From contig JABSQH010000010.1 in NCBI GenBank assembly GCA_013213745.1, positions 42,293-106,292 on the forward strand: a stretch of 64,000 nucleotides of DNA, read 5' to 3'. Each line of letters starts with the position of its first letter. The first letter of the stretch is position 1. Shown here in pieces: positions 48,312-58,571 of this stretch. Source of the DNA: Ilumatobacteraceae bacterium (GTDB taxonomy: Bacteria > Actinomycetota > Acidimicrobiia > Acidimicrobiales > Ilumatobacteraceae). The notes under the pieces are model-generated. The model searched no databases and was not told where the DNA came from. It saw only the letters and a program-made list of their open reading frames with translations. Made by a program: the position numbers and the translations under genes.

Positions 48312-48522
48312 CGGTCCTCGGCGCGGTCGCTGACAGCCGATCTATATCGGTCGAAAACGCTCATCGGTTCGTTGCTCGGGTGTCCACGCATTCGGAGTTT
48401 GTCGAGCAACTGCGATCCGCAGCACCCGAGGAGTGTCGATCGATCGTCGAGGCAGAGGCGTATGTGGGTGTGACGAAGGCGCATCTGGCGAGCGCCCTTG
48501 CGGTGTTCGGGCTCGGGCTGGT

Positions 48523-49296
48523 TCAACGGTGGCGGAATTCCGGAGACCGCTTGCCGAGGAACGCAGCCATGCCCTCGGACTGGTCGTCGGTGGCGAAGAG
48601 GGCGTGAAACGCCCGCCGTTCGAAGCGCACACCTTCGGCAAGCGGCAGTTCGAGGGCACGATCGACCGCCTCGCGCGCAGCCATCGTGGCCAGCTTGCCG
48701 AACCCGGCGATCGTCGTCGCCGCCGCCAGCGTCTGGTCGAGTAGCTCGTCGTCGGGAAACACCCGAGCGGCCAGGCCACAACGTTCGGCCTCGGCGGCGT
48801 CGATCATGCGGCCGGTGAGGATCAGGTCCATCGCCTTCGACTTGCCGATTAGCTTGGTGAGGCGCTGCGATCCGCCCATGCCAGGGATGATCCCGAGCGT
48901 GATCTCGGGTTGACCGAACCGAGCTGACTCGGCTGCGTAGATCGTGTCGCACATCATCGCCAACTCACAGCCACCGCCGAGCGCGAATCCGTTGACGGCG
49001 GCGATCTTGGGCGTGCGCAGCGCCGTGAACCGGTCCCAGGCCGCGAACAGGTCGGTGTGGGCAACGTCGGCGTAGCTCTTGTCGGACATCTCCGCAATGT
49101 CGGCGCCGGCGGCGAACGCCCGACCGGCCCCGGTCACCACGAAACAACCGACCTCGGGGTCGTCGTCGAGCGGTTCGGTCGCGGCGAGCAATTCCTCGAG
49201 GAACGCCGTGTTGAGCGCGTTTAAGGCATCTGGCCGGTTCAGCGTGATCACGGCGACACGGTCGCGACGTTCGAGGAGAATCTGTGCGGTAGTCAC
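48523..49296 (-). CDS. Enoyl-CoA hydratase (crotonase family, short-chain type)
   Basis: [38 protein letters not shown]. 257 aa. Confidence 0.9.
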   Translation of the reverse strand: MTTAQILLERRDRVAVITLNRPDALNALNTAFLEELLAATEPLDDDPEVGCFVVTGAGRAFAAGADIAEMSDKSYADVAHTDLFAAWDRFTALRTPKIAAVNGFALGGGCELAMMCDTIYAAESARFGQPEITLGIIPGMGGSQRLTKLIGKSKAMDLILTGRMIDAAEAERCGLAARVFPDDELLDQTLAAATTIAGFGKLATMAAREAVDRALELPLAEGVRFERRAFHALFATDDQSEGMAAFLGKRSPEFRHR

Positions 49297-49409
49297 GCAG
49301 CCAGCCTGACAGATCCGATTCGACCACGCTGGGTGGCGATTGGCTCAAACGGGTCTCAAGACCTCCGGGGCTCCGCGAATCGGAGATCGCGCCGTGCGAT
49401 GCTGTCCAA

Positions 49410-50729
49410 ATGGCCGATCCCACCGAGCCGACCGAACCGTTGCCGAGCACCCCGGGTGCGGAACCGTCCACCGGTTCGACGCCCCCGCCTCCGCCGCCGA
49501 CGACCCAGATGCCGACGACACCTGCCCAGGGCGCGCCGACGGTGCCTGGCGGCACTGTGCCGCCGGTCCCGCCCGCCGGCACCGGACTGGAGTACTCGAT
49601 GGAAGACGGCGATCCCGAAGAGCGTCCGTGGTGGAAGAAGGCTGGCCCCATCGCCGCGGTCGTCGTCGTCGCTGCGCTGGTGCTCGGTGGTCTCGCATGG
49701 TTGTTGTGGGGCGGCGGCGATGACTCCGAAGACGACAGTGATCTCGCCACGAGCGTCATCATCAGCGCTGTCGATCAGGCCGGTACCGGACTCGAGCGTG
49801 GCTTCTTCGCCGCCGTGACCGGACCGGCGGAGGCGCCGACGGCCTACACGTGGTCGAGCCCCGACAGTGGCCCGGGGACCGAAGGCATCGGCGGTTCGAC
49901 GAACTCCGACGGCGAGCTCCGGTTCACCTGGACCCCGGACGAAACGCTCGACGACCCGGCGGCATGGCTCTCGTCGTTCGAGATGGTCGAGACAGAGAAC
50001 GCCGGGTTCTCGCCTCCGGGACCGACCGTGGCATGTGTGCTCTCGCGCGCCGACGAGCAGGACACGACGGTCTCGATGAACGTCTCGGTCGACCCGCCTG
50101 ACGACACCGTCGATCAGGTCGTGTCGTACACCTTCCCCAACTATCAATTCGTACCTGGTGACGAGGTTCGATGTGAGCTCGTGAGTCAGCAGATCCCGAC
50201 CACGACGACCTCGACAACCACGTCGACCTCGACGACGTCGACGACCACAACGACGATCCCGGAGACGACGACCACGTCGGCCTCGACGTCGACGACCACG
50301 TCGACCTCGACGACCACGACGACCGAGACGACCGACCCCGGGCTGACCACCGTGTGGGACACCATCGAGAGTCGCAGCGATCTCACCGAATTCGCGACGC
50401 TGCTGAAGTCGACCGGTTTCGACGCCACGCTGCAGGACTCCTCGATCAGCCTGACGGTCTTCGCCCCGGACAACGACGCCCTCAACGCTATCGACCTTCC
50501 GACCGACGAGGCCGGAGTGGAGGCGTTGGTGCGGCGGCACCTCCTGCAGGGTGAGCAGTTGACCGTCGAGCAGATCACTGCCAACCAGACGATCGACGTA
50601 TCAGGCACGACGTACGATGTCACCGCTGATCCCGCGACCGTCGGCGGTGCCGGTTTCGTCGCCCAAGATCTTCAAGAGGTCAACGGATACACCCAGGTGA
50701 TGGATGCCGTCCTCACAGCGGCCAGCTGA
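49410..50729 (+). CDS. Membrane-anchored fasciclin (FAS1) domain protein with a Pro-rich N-terminus and a Thr/Ser linker
   Basis: Pro-rich N-terminal 70 aa, TM GPIAAVVVVAALVLGGLAWLLW, an unknown middle domain, a T/S tract (50199-50333), and a C-terminal FAS1 (LTEFATLLKSTGFDATL, LTVFAPDNDA, VNGYTQVMDAVL). Confidence 0.8.
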   Translation: MADPTEPTEPLPSTPGAEPSTGSTPPPPPPTTQMPTTPAQGAPTVPGGTVPPVPPAGTGLEYSMEDGDPEERPWWKKAGPIAAVVVVAALVLGGLAWLLWGGGDDSEDDSDLATSVIISAVDQAGTGLERGFFAAVTGPAEAPTAYTWSSPDSGPGTEGIGGSTNSDGELRFTWTPDETLDDPAAWLSSFEMVETENAGFSPPGPTVACVLSRADEQDTTVSMNVSVDPPDDTVDQVVSYTFPNYQFVPGDEVRCELVSQQIPTTTTSTTTSTSTTSTTTTTIPETTTTSASTSTTTSTSTTTTTETTDPGLTTVWDTIESRSDLTEFATLLKSTGFDATLQDSSISLTVFAPDNDALNAIDLPTDEAGVEALVRRHLLQGEQLTVEQITANQTIDVSGTTYDVTADPATVGGAGFVAQDLQEVNGYTQVMDAVLTAAS

Positions 50730-50759
50730 CCGAGGACGGCGAACCTAAGCTGGTCGGCC

Positions 50760-51560
50760 GTGGATCGGCCGATCGGGATGTTCGACTCCGGGTTCGGAGG
50801 GCTGACCGTGGCGCGCGCCACGATCGACCTCCTCCCCGGTGAGGATGTCGTGTACATCGGCGACACCGGGCGGTATCCATTTGGCTCCAAGCCACTCACC
50901 GACGTGCGCGGGTACGCCCGGCAGCTGGCGTGGAGCCTGGTGAAAGAACACAACGCCAAAGCGATCGTCGTGGCCTGCAACACCGCAACGGCGGCCGGGC
51001 TCGACGACCTCCGTAGCGAGCTACCCGTGCCCGTCATCGACGTGATCGCCCCCGGATCGGCGTCACTGGTGCGAGCGACCGTGACGGGTCGCGTCGGCGT
51101 CATCGGCACGGTCGGGACGGTTGCGTCCGGAGCGTACGTGCGGGCGATCGCCGATACGGGAGCGCCGGTGTCGTTGACGAGCGCAGCGTGCCCAGGATTC
51201 GTCGAGTTCGTCGAGCGCGGGCAGACGACCGGCGACGAGGTGACTGTGCTCGCCGAGCGGCTGTTGGCCCCGATCCAGGCAGCCGACGTCGATGCGCTCT
51301 TGCTCGGCTGCACGCATTATCCGTTTCTGGCGCGCACGATCGGTGACGTGCTCGGACCCGGTGTCACCCTCGTCAGCTCGGCCGATGAGACTGCGTTTGC
51401 CGTGCGCGTGACACTGGGAGAGCTGGGATTGTTGCGCGACGAGGGCGCGATCGGGGAGCATCGGTTCTTGTCCAGTGGCGACGTCGACCGGTTCCGCGAG
51501 CTGGGCAGTCGATTGCTCGGACCCGAACTCGACCACACCGAACGCTGGGAGCCCTCATGA
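50760..51560 (+). CDS. murI: Glutamate racemase
   Basis: [30 protein letters not shown] (the two catalytic Cys regions). Confidence 0.93.
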   Translation: MDRPIGMFDSGFGGLTVARATIDLLPGEDVVYIGDTGRYPFGSKPLTDVRGYARQLAWSLVKEHNAKAIVVACNTATAAGLDDLRSELPVPVIDVIAPGSASLVRATVTGRVGVIGTVGTVASGAYVRAIADTGAPVSLTSAACPGFVEFVERGQTTGDEVTVLAERLLAPIQAADVDALLLGCTHYPFLARTIGDVLGPGVTLVSSADETAFAVRVTLGELGLLRDEGAIGEHRFLSSGDVDRFRELGSRLLGPELDHTERWEPS

Positions 51561-52318
51561 CCAGACCCGACAACCGCGCCGCCGACGAGTTGCGACCACT
51601 GTCATTCGAGCGCGACTACACCGAGATGGCCGACGGCTCGTGCCTCGTGTCGTTCGGTCGCACCCGCGTGCTGTGCACCGCCAGCGTCGACGACGACGTG
51701 CCGCGCTGGATGCGCAACAGCGGGAAGGGCTGGGTGACCGCCGAGTACTCGATGCTGCCGGGCGCCTCGCCCGAGCGGATCAACCGCGAGGCCGCCAAGG
51801 GCAAGCAGAGCGGCCGGACCGTCGAGATCCAACGGTTGATCGGTCGTTCGTTGCGCGCCGCCTGCGACATGCAGGTACTCGGCGAGCGGCAGGTGGTCGT
51901 CGACTGCGACGTACTGCAGGCCGATGGTGGGACGCGCACCGCCAGCATCTGCGGTGGATTCGTCGCCCTGCACGATGCCCTCGAACGGATCGTTCAGCGC
52001 GGCGACCTGGAAGCGAACCCGCTGCACTCGTATTGCGCGGCGATCAGCGTCGGCATCGTCGGTGGGACACCCGTACTCGACCTGCCCTACGTCGAAGACA
52101 GCACCGCTGATGTCGACATGAACGTCGTCATGCTGCGGCCGGTCGGTGCTGGTGAGCCACGCTTCGTCGAGGTGCAGGGCACCGCCGAGGGCACGGCGTT
52201 CACCCGCGGCGAACTCGACCAACTCCTCGCCTTGGCCGAAGGCGGGCTCGACACGATCACCGCCCGTCAGGCCGACATCTTGGCGACACCGCCCACGGCG
52301 CTGTCGCCCAACCGCTGA
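51557..52318 (+). CDS. rph: Ribonuclease PH
   Basis: [48 protein letters not shown]. 4-nt overlap with murI. Confidence 0.95.
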   Translation: MTRPDNRAADELRPLSFERDYTEMADGSCLVSFGRTRVLCTASVDDDVPRWMRNSGKGWVTAEYSMLPGASPERINREAAKGKQSGRTVEIQRLIGRSLRAACDMQVLGERQVVVDCDVLQADGGTRTASICGGFVALHDALERIVQRGDLEANPLHSYCAAISVGIVGGTPVLDLPYVEDSTADVDMNVVMLRPVGAGEPRFVEVQGTAEGTAFTRGELDQLLALAEGGLDTITARQADILATPPTALSPNR

Positions 52319-52899
52319 TGCGGCTTGTCTGTGCATCGGCGAATCCCGACAAGGTGGCCGAGATCCAGGCCATCCTCGGCGATTCGATCGAGTTGGCACC
52401 GCGTCCCACAGACGTGCCAGACGTCGTCGAGGACGCCGACACACTGCTCGGCAATGCGCGACTGAAGGCCGCAGCGATCGGTGCGGCGACCGGCGAGCCA
52501 GCGGTCGCCGACGACACGGGGCTGGAGGTGGACGCGCTCGGTGGCGCTCCCGGTGTGTATAGCGCCCGTTACGCGGGTGACGGCTGTACCTATGCCGACA
52601 ACGTTGCCAAGCTGCTCGCCGAACTGAGCGATCGCACCGATCGCTCGGCACGATTCCGCACGGTGGCCATCGTGGTGTGGCCCGACGGGTCCGAGACTGC
52701 GGTCGAAGGCGAGTGTCGCGGGCGCATCGCCACCGCACCGACTGGCGACAGCGGCTTCGGATACGACCCGATCTTCGTGCCCGACGATGGAGACGGCCGT
52801 ACGTTCGCCGAGCTCAGCGCCGACGAGAAGCACGCCGTGTCGCATCGCGGCCGTGCGTTCCGGGCGTTACTCGACGCGCTGCTCAGCGGCGCGGGCTGA
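52318..52899 (+). CDS. rdgB: Non-canonical purine NTP pyrophosphatase (RdgB/HAM1 family)
   Basis: The ATG overlaps the rph TGA. SANPDKVAEI, ADDTGLEVDALGGAPGVYSARYAG, GFGYDPIF, SHRGRAF. Confidence 0.92.
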   Translation: MRLVCASANPDKVAEIQAILGDSIELAPRPTDVPDVVEDADTLLGNARLKAAAIGAATGEPAVADDTGLEVDALGGAPGVYSARYAGDGCTYADNVAKLLAELSDRTDRSARFRTVAIVVWPDGSETAVEGECRGRIATAPTGDSGFGYDPIFVPDDGDGRTFAELSADEKHAVSHRGRAFRALLDALLSGAG

Positions 52900-53905
52900 C
52901 CGTCACCACGATGCCGCGGTGATCGCTGCCGGCGACACCGAACGTGTCGAACTCAGTCGGTACCAACCGGTCGCGTGCGACGAGGGCGTGATCGATCGGA
53001 GCGAATGGCGGGATCAGCCAGTCGGTGGGCCACGTCGGGGTGAGGCCACCCCCGAGTGCGATCGCCGCGTCGTGGTAGCCGGCGTCGAGCAGGCGGCGGA
53101 ACGACGGGTTCCAATAGGTGGCGTTGAAGTCGCCGAGCACCACGGTCGGTCGATCGGGATCGGCGATCGCCGTGGCCAGCTGGCCGAGGTCGCGACGCCA
53201 GCTTGCGTTGTCGCCGACCGGCGTCGGTGGATGCACCCCGACGAGTTCGACCCCGTTGTCGAGAACCGCAGCGACCGACGGCTTGGCGGTGGGCGGGGGA
53301 GTGGTGGCGGTGAGCGGTCTGGCCGCCCAGATGGCGATACCGTCGGCGCGCTCACCGCGGACCTCCACTCGGTATTGGAGAACATCGGCCAGTTCGCTGC
53401 TCAGCAGCCCAGCGCGATGGGCGTCGGTGTACTCGTTGAACACGACCGCGTCGAGCTCGAGATCGACCAGGGACCCGGCGATGTCGGTGGTGCGTTCGTT
53501 GGTGTACAGCAGGTTGACCGACGCCAGCCGTACACCCTGCGTGTCCGGGCCGGCTGGGGGAAGCGCCCGAGGAAACACCACCGGCATCGTGAATACGAGG
53601 GCGACAACGCCGACGACCGAAACTGCACACGCGGCCACGTGCTGTTGGGCGAGGTGTGCGCCGAGCGCAACGATGGCGACTCCGACTGCGATGTAGGGAG
53701 TCAATGCCTGCGTTGCGGCGACCGGACGGGCGCCGTCCCAGCTGGCGGCCTGGGTGATCATCAACGTTCCGACGAAGGCTGTGGTCGCCCACGCCGTCGC
53801 CGCAGCTAGGGTCGCCACTTGACGCCGACGTAGCCCAATTGGCAGAGGCACGGTCTTTAGGTGGCCGTCAGTGAGAGTTCGAGTCTCTCCGTCGGCACTG
53901 CTCAT
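52883..53905 (-). CDS. Membrane-anchored endonuclease/exonuclease/phosphatase (EEP) family protein
   Basis: Start at the ATG at 53905 (MSSADGETRT). Three or four N-terminal TM segments, then EEP motifs VVFNEYTDAH, VHPPTP, VVLGDFNATYWN, PIDHALV, GSDHRGIVVTV. Lies 11 nt downstream of the ATPase gene. Confidence 0.8.
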   Translation of the reverse strand: MSSADGETRTLTDGHLKTVPLPIGLRRRQVATLAAATAWATTAFVGTLMITQAASWDGARPVAATQALTPYIAVGVAIVALGAHLAQQHVAACAVSVVGVVALVFTMPVVFPRALPPAGPDTQGVRLASVNLLYTNERTTDIAGSLVDLELDAVVFNEYTDAHRAGLLSSELADVLQYRVEVRGERADGIAIWAARPLTATTPPPTAKPSVAAVLDNGVELVGVHPPTPVGDNASWRRDLGQLATAIADPDRPTVVLGDFNATYWNPSFRRLLDAGYHDAAIALGGGLTPTWPTDWLIPPFAPIDHALVARDRLVPTEFDTFGVAGSDHRGIVVTVSPRR

Positions 53906-53916
53906 GGCGGGATCGG

Positions 53917-56331
53917 TCAGGCGACCGGCACCCAGCCGAGTGCGAGCCGCGTCACCTTGACGTCGGCGCGCTCTACGCCGACCTCGATCGAGGTGATTGC
54001 CGATGCGGCGTCGTCCCACTTGGTGCGGACTTCGTCGATGTCATCGGCGAGATCAGCCTCCAGCTCGGCGAGATCCTCGGTCAGCCGATCGACCTTGTTC
54101 TCAGCGGCGTCCACTCGCTTGCCGCCTGCCGAGCTCGATCCACGTCGTCGCGCCGCCGTGCCGGCGTCGCCGAGCAGCCGGTCGACGGAACGACGACCCG
54201 ACAGCAGACCGCCGAGGAGCGAACCGGCCGTCGAGAGCAGTTCGGAATTGCGTTTGCTCGACGCTTCGGCCTCGAGCACCTCGACGCGATCTTCGGCTGC
54301 ATCGATCCGATCGCGCAACGTGGTGACCTTCTTCTCGTAGCGATCGCGCAGCTTGGCGATCGCTACGTCGGCCTGATCAGCCGCTGCGTCCCGGCAGCGC
54401 TTGGCGAAGTCGTCGGTCGACTCGCCGGGCCGACCGTAGAGCTGCAGCTCGGAGTTCGCCGGGATCTCGATCGACAACTTCGCGGTGAGGTGATCGCGCA
54501 GCGAACGCTCAAGTTTCTGCCAATACGACTTGGTGTCGATGGGCGCTTCCGGTGCGAAGAACGTTCGGGCGCGATCGGCGGCGGGACGCAGGTCGCGGTC
54601 GTCGTAGTCGACAGCGATCAGGGCGCGCTCGATTGCGACGGTGTCGATCACCGTCGGGAGCGGGGCGAGGACCGCCTCGAACTCGGTGTCGTGGACGAGA
54701 TCCGCCTTGGTTTCGTCGTAGCGCACACTCACCCTGGCCACTGCTGCTGCCGCCCACTGCTGGCCGGTGGCATCGGCGTCGACGTGGTCGAGGCTCGACA
54801 GCCACGGGGCGGCGACGTCGATGAAAGCCACCATCCGGCCGTCGGCGACGGGGGGCATCTCGGCGTGTTCGCCGGCGGCTGTTGGCGGCGCCGTCGGGGG
54901 TGGGGCAGTCGGGCTACTCGCTGGTGCGGACGGGGGAGACGACGCGGATGCTCCCGCCGATGCCCCACGAGCGGTGGTGGTGCGGTCGCCCATCAACCGG
55001 TGGATCTGGTCGCGTGTGAGCGGCCCGCGCAGGTAGCTCATCGCCCAGCGTGTGGAGAACGTGGTGGGTTCGTCACTCTTGGCTCGGCGGAGGACGAAGG
55101 CGCGCTTGCCGAGCCCGGCGATCGAATCGGCCACCGCTGATCGGTCGACGGTGCCGGCAGCCGAGGTCATACCGTCGAGCAGCCGATCGATGTCCTGTTC
55201 GGTCTGCAAGCGGCCGATCATCCAGGTACCGGCGTTCGACAGCGCCTTGTAGTCGACGTCGACCGGGTTCTGTGTCGACAGCACAACGCCGACGCCGAAC
55301 GCACGGGCCTGTTTCATCAGTGTGAGGATCGGACCCTTCGTCGGCGGTTTGGCCGTCGGCGGCAGATAGCCGGCCACCTCGTCCATGTACAGCAGTGCCC
55401 GCAGATCGGTGACACCGCTCTGTCGGCGCATCCAGGTGATGAGCTTGCTCAGCAACAGCGAGGTCACGAACTGCCGCTCGTCGTCGCCGAGGTGGGCAGT
55501 GGTGATGACGGCACACCTCGGCCCGCCTGTGCTGTCGTACAGCAACGACTCGATGTCGAGCGGCTCCCCGGTCGACCACTCCGCGAAGGCCGGCGACGCG
55601 AGCAGTCCGTTGAGACGCATGGCGAACGCCATCCGGTCGTCGGGTGGGAAGAACTGATCGAGTTCGAACACGCCGAGCTTGCGGATCGGCGGCGCCGCGA
55701 CCATCCCGACGAGCGCGGTCAGGTCGATCGTCTGGCCGGCGGTCCACGAATGGGCGATGAGATTCGAGAGCAGGATGTGCTCGCGGCTGGCCAGCGGGTC
55801 GGCGTCGACACCGACGAGACCGAGGAGCCCCGAGACGTACCCATCGATCTCGTCGTTGACCAGCTCGCTGTCGGTGAGGTCGTCAGGAGCACGCAACGAG
55901 CCGACGATGTTCAGCGGGACACCTGCCGTCGAGCCCGGCGTGTAGATCGTGACCGGTGCAGTCGATCGCAGCTCTTCGATCGACGCTCCGTCCAGACCCC
56001 ACCCGGCGAGCCCGTCACGCCACATCGTCGCTTGCTGGCCGGCGAACTCGTCGGCGCTCACTCCAGCCGCGGCGGCCTGGCTCTCGTCGACCCACGGTCG
56101 GAAGTCAGCGGCCGCCAGGCCGGGAAACGTCAGGCACAGGTTGGTCAGGTCGCCTTTCGGGTCGATGGCGAGCACCGGCAGCCCTGATCGCAGGATCTCC
56201 TCGATGAGCACGACGCCGAGACCGGTTTTGCCTGAGCCGGTCATGCCGACGATCACGCCGTGAGTCGTCAGGTCGCCCGTGTCGATCGTCGTAGGAGCGT
56301 CGGGGGCGCCGCCGAGGAGCACATCGGGCAT
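53917..56331 (-). CDS. FtsK/HerA-superfamily (DUF87-like) P-loop ATPase with a Pro/Ala/Ser linker and a long C-terminal coiled-coil region
   Basis: Start at the ATG at 56331 (MPDVLLGG). Walker A GMTGSGKTGLG, Walker B LLYMDEVAGYL, STQNPVDVDYKALSNAGTWMIGRLQTEQD. The C-terminal approximately 330 aa are helix-rich (KLRDRYEKKVTTLRDRIDAAEDRVEVLEAE...). Confidence 0.75.
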   Translation of the reverse strand: MPDVLLGGAPDAPTTIDTGDLTTHGVIVGMTGSGKTGLGVVLIEEILRSGLPVLAIDPKGDLTNLCLTFPGLAAADFRPWVDESQAAAAGVSADEFAGQQATMWRDGLAGWGLDGASIEELRSTAPVTIYTPGSTAGVPLNIVGSLRAPDDLTDSELVNDEIDGYVSGLLGLVGVDADPLASREHILLSNLIAHSWTAGQTIDLTALVGMVAAPPIRKLGVFELDQFFPPDDRMAFAMRLNGLLASPAFAEWSTGEPLDIESLLYDSTGGPRCAVITTAHLGDDERQFVTSLLLSKLITWMRRQSGVTDLRALLYMDEVAGYLPPTAKPPTKGPILTLMKQARAFGVGVVLSTQNPVDVDYKALSNAGTWMIGRLQTEQDIDRLLDGMTSAAGTVDRSAVADSIAGLGKRAFVLRRAKSDEPTTFSTRWAMSYLRGPLTRDQIHRLMGDRTTTARGASAGASASSPPSAPASSPTAPPPTAPPTAAGEHAEMPPVADGRMVAFIDVAAPWLSSLDHVDADATGQQWAAAAVARVSVRYDETKADLVHDTEFEAVLAPLPTVIDTVAIERALIAVDYDDRDLRPAADRARTFFAPEAPIDTKSYWQKLERSLRDHLTAKLSIEIPANSELQLYGRPGESTDDFAKRCRDAAADQADVAIAKLRDRYEKKVTTLRDRIDAAEDRVEVLEAEASSKRNSELLSTAGSLLGGLLSGRRSVDRLLGDAGTAARRRGSSSAGGKRVDAAENKVDRLTEDLAELEADLADDIDEVRTKWDDAASAITSIEVGVERADVKVTRLALGWVPVA

Positions 56332-56352
56332 GGCCGCACCGTATTCGATACC

Positions 56353-57021
56353 GTGGGAGACGTGGAGTTCAGCGGGTTTCCAGCCGACGGGCTGGCGTTC
56401 TACGAGCAGCTCGCGGCCGACAACTCCAAGTCGTTCTGGCAGGCCAACAAGTCGCGCTACGACGATGAGATCCGCGGCCCGATGACGGCGCTCGCCGAGG
56501 CGCTCGACGACTACGGACCGTTCCACCTGTTTCGACCGCACAATGACCTGCGGTTCTCGAAGAACAAGCCGCCCTACAAGACCCATCAGGGTGCCTACGG
56601 CGAGTCCGAGGGCGGAGCCGGGTACTACATGCAGATCTCCGCCGATGGATTGTTCGTCGGGGCCGGGTACTACTCGATGGCCAAGGACCAGCTCGCTCGA
56701 TTACGTAGCGCGGTCGACAACGATGCAACCGGTGCTGAGATCGAAGCACTCGCCGCCGACGCGCGGCGTCGACGGTACGCAATCGGGGCGATCAGTGAGC
56801 TGAAGACCGCCCCGCGCGGGTACCCCAAGGACCACCCACGCATCGAACTGCTCCGGCGCAAGGGACTGATGGCGTCGCGCGACTTCGGTGCGCCGCAATG
56901 GGTGCACACCAAGCAGGTGGCGAAGAAGGTGCGCGACGCCTGGACCGGAGTTGCCGACCTGTGCGCCTGGCTCGATGCCAACGTCGGACCGAGCACACTT
57001 CCCCCCGAGGACGGATGGTGA
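56353..57021 (+). CDS. DUF2461 (TIGR02453) family protein
   Basis: [86 protein letters not shown]. The start is the GTG at 56353 or 56362. Confidence 0.8.
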   Translation: MGDVEFSGFPADGLAFYEQLAADNSKSFWQANKSRYDDEIRGPMTALAEALDDYGPFHLFRPHNDLRFSKNKPPYKTHQGAYGESEGGAGYYMQISADGLFVGAGYYSMAKDQLARLRSAVDNDATGAEIEALAADARRRRYAIGAISELKTAPRGYPKDHPRIELLRRKGLMASRDFGAPQWVHTKQVAKKVRDAWTGVADLCAWLDANVGPSTLPPEDGW

Positions 57022-58571
57022 GCGTCGAGATGGTGAACGACGAGATGGTGAACGACCAGACGGTGCTCGCCCGGGATGCTCTCGAAGACCAGCTGGGTCT
57101 TGCGGATCGCATCGTCGACGACGCCACGATCGACCGTGCGGCGCACCGGTTCGCCGAGCGCGGCATCACGTTGCCGACGTTTGCCGAACTGGCCCAACCG
57201 TCCCGATTCGACCATGACGCCCGCGTGGGTGCGGCCGATCAGCGCGCCCCAGACGCTCGCAATCTGTGGCGCGTCCACTGGTACAACGATCTCGCCGGAC
57301 GTCGGGTCGGCGTTCCCGAGCACGTCGTGCTGCCGAGCTCGCTCACCGGCGTTGCCAGCCCGATCATCGTCGCCTTCGGCGACCGCTTCCCGATGATCAC
57401 TGCGCACAAAGTGCTCGCCGCGTACGCCTGCCTCGCACCGCGCATCGTCACCGGCCAGTTCGATCCGACCGAGCAGCGGGCGATCTGGCCGTCGACCGGG
57501 AACTATGCCCGCGGCGGTATCGCCATCAGCCGGATCATGGCCAGCCGTGGCGTAGCGATCCTGCCCGAGGGGATGAGTCAGGAGCGGTTCGACTGGCTCG
57601 ATGAGTGGTGTCTCGATCCGGCCAACGACATCATTCGCACCGTCGGTTCCGAGTCGAACGTGAAGGAGATCTACGACGCCTGTAACGAGCTCGCACTCGA
57701 CCCGCAGAACTTCGTGTTCAACCAGTTCGCCGAGTTCGGCAATCACCTCGGTCACCTGGCGGTCACCGGTACTGCACTCGGCCACGTCTTCGAGCACGTG
57801 CGCGCTGCGTCGGGTCGCGATCTGCGGCTCGCCGCGTTCACCTCGGCGACCGGCTCGGCTGGCACGATCGCGGCGGGCGACGCGCTCAAGGAGCGCTACG
57901 GGGCGCGCATCGTCGCCGTCGAGGCGCTCGAGTGTCCGACGATGCTCGAGAACGGCTTCGGCGAACACAACATCCAGGGCATCGGCGACAAACACATCCC
58001 CTTGATCCACAACGTGATGAACACCGATGCCGTCGTGGCGATCTCAGACCACGCCACCGATGAACTCGACGTGGTCTTCAACACCCCGGCCGGGCGGTCC
58101 TATCTCGCCGACCGGATGGGTGTACCCACCGACATCGTCGCACAACTCGAGCACTTCGGGTTCTCGGCGATCTGCAACGTGTTGGCCGCGATCAAGGCGG
58201 CCCGCATGTACGACCTCGGGCCAGACGACGCTCTCGTCACCGTGGCCACCGACGGCGCCGCGCTGTATCCGAGCGAGCGCCAGAAACTGCTGAACGAACG
58301 ATTCGACGGCGAACTCGACGGGGTCGACGCGGCACGCATGGTCGGCGAACACCTCGCTGCGGTCGACACAGAGCACATGATCGACTGCACCGACGCCGAT
58401 CGCCGGCGGATCTTCAACCTCGGCTACTACACGTGGGTCGAGCAGCAGGGCACGCCGTTCGAGCTGTTCGAGCAGCGACGGAACCTCGACTTTTGGACCG
58501 GTCTGCGTCGATACCTCGTCGTGTGGGACGAGATGATCGCCGAGTTCAATGCTCGCGTCGCCGCTTCCTGA
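57015..58571 (+). CDS. Atypical long fold-type II PLP-dependent enzyme (Trp-synthase-beta/cysteine-synthase superfamily), specificity unknown
   Basis: The ATG at 57015 overlaps the upstream stop (ATGGTGA). Candidate PLP-Lys in [21 protein letters not shown] in place of the SSGNTG loop, [13 protein letters not shown] glycine-rich loop. 518 aa, versus about 310 aa for CysK. Confidence 0.65.
   Translation: MVSVEMVNDEMVNDQTVLARDALEDQLGLADRIVDDATIDRAAHRFAERGITLPTFAELAQPSRFDHDARVGAADQRAPDARNLWRVHWYNDLAGRRVGVPEHVVLPSSLTGVASPIIVAFGDRFPMITAHKVLAAYACLAPRIVTGQFDPTEQRAIWPSTGNYARGGIAISRIMASRGVAILPEGMSQERFDWLDEWCLDPANDIIRTVGSESNVKEIYDACNELALDPQNFVFNQFAEFGNHLGHLAVTGTALGHVFEHVRAASGRDLRLAAFTSATGSAGTIAAGDALKERYGARIVAVEALECPTMLENGFGEHNIQGIGDKHIPLIHNVMNTDAVVAISDHATDELDVVFNTPAGRSYLADRMGVPTDIVAQLEHFGFSAICNVLAAIKAARMYDLGPDDALVTVATDGAALYPSERQKLLNERFDGELDGVDAARMVGEHLAAVDTEHMIDCTDADRRRIFNLGYYTWVEQQGTPFELFEQRRNLDFWTGLRRYLVVWDEMIAEFNARVAAS

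Noticed and set aside
48380-48607. 75-aa plus-strand ORF in the cysteine synthase/crotonase convergent spacer.
   Set aside because: It has no recognisable motif. Its last approximately 85 nt run antisense into the crotonase gene, and no RBS is evident. Coding status cannot be supported from sequence alone.
50199-50333. Short periodic DNA repeats that could be mistaken for a repeat array or CRISPR-like structure (also 61154-61264, 61385-61531 and 30929-31213).
   Set aside because: They are in-frame codon repeats encoding Thr/Ser/Pro or Ser/Gly linkers inside long ORFs. There is no repeat-spacer organisation and no cas genes.
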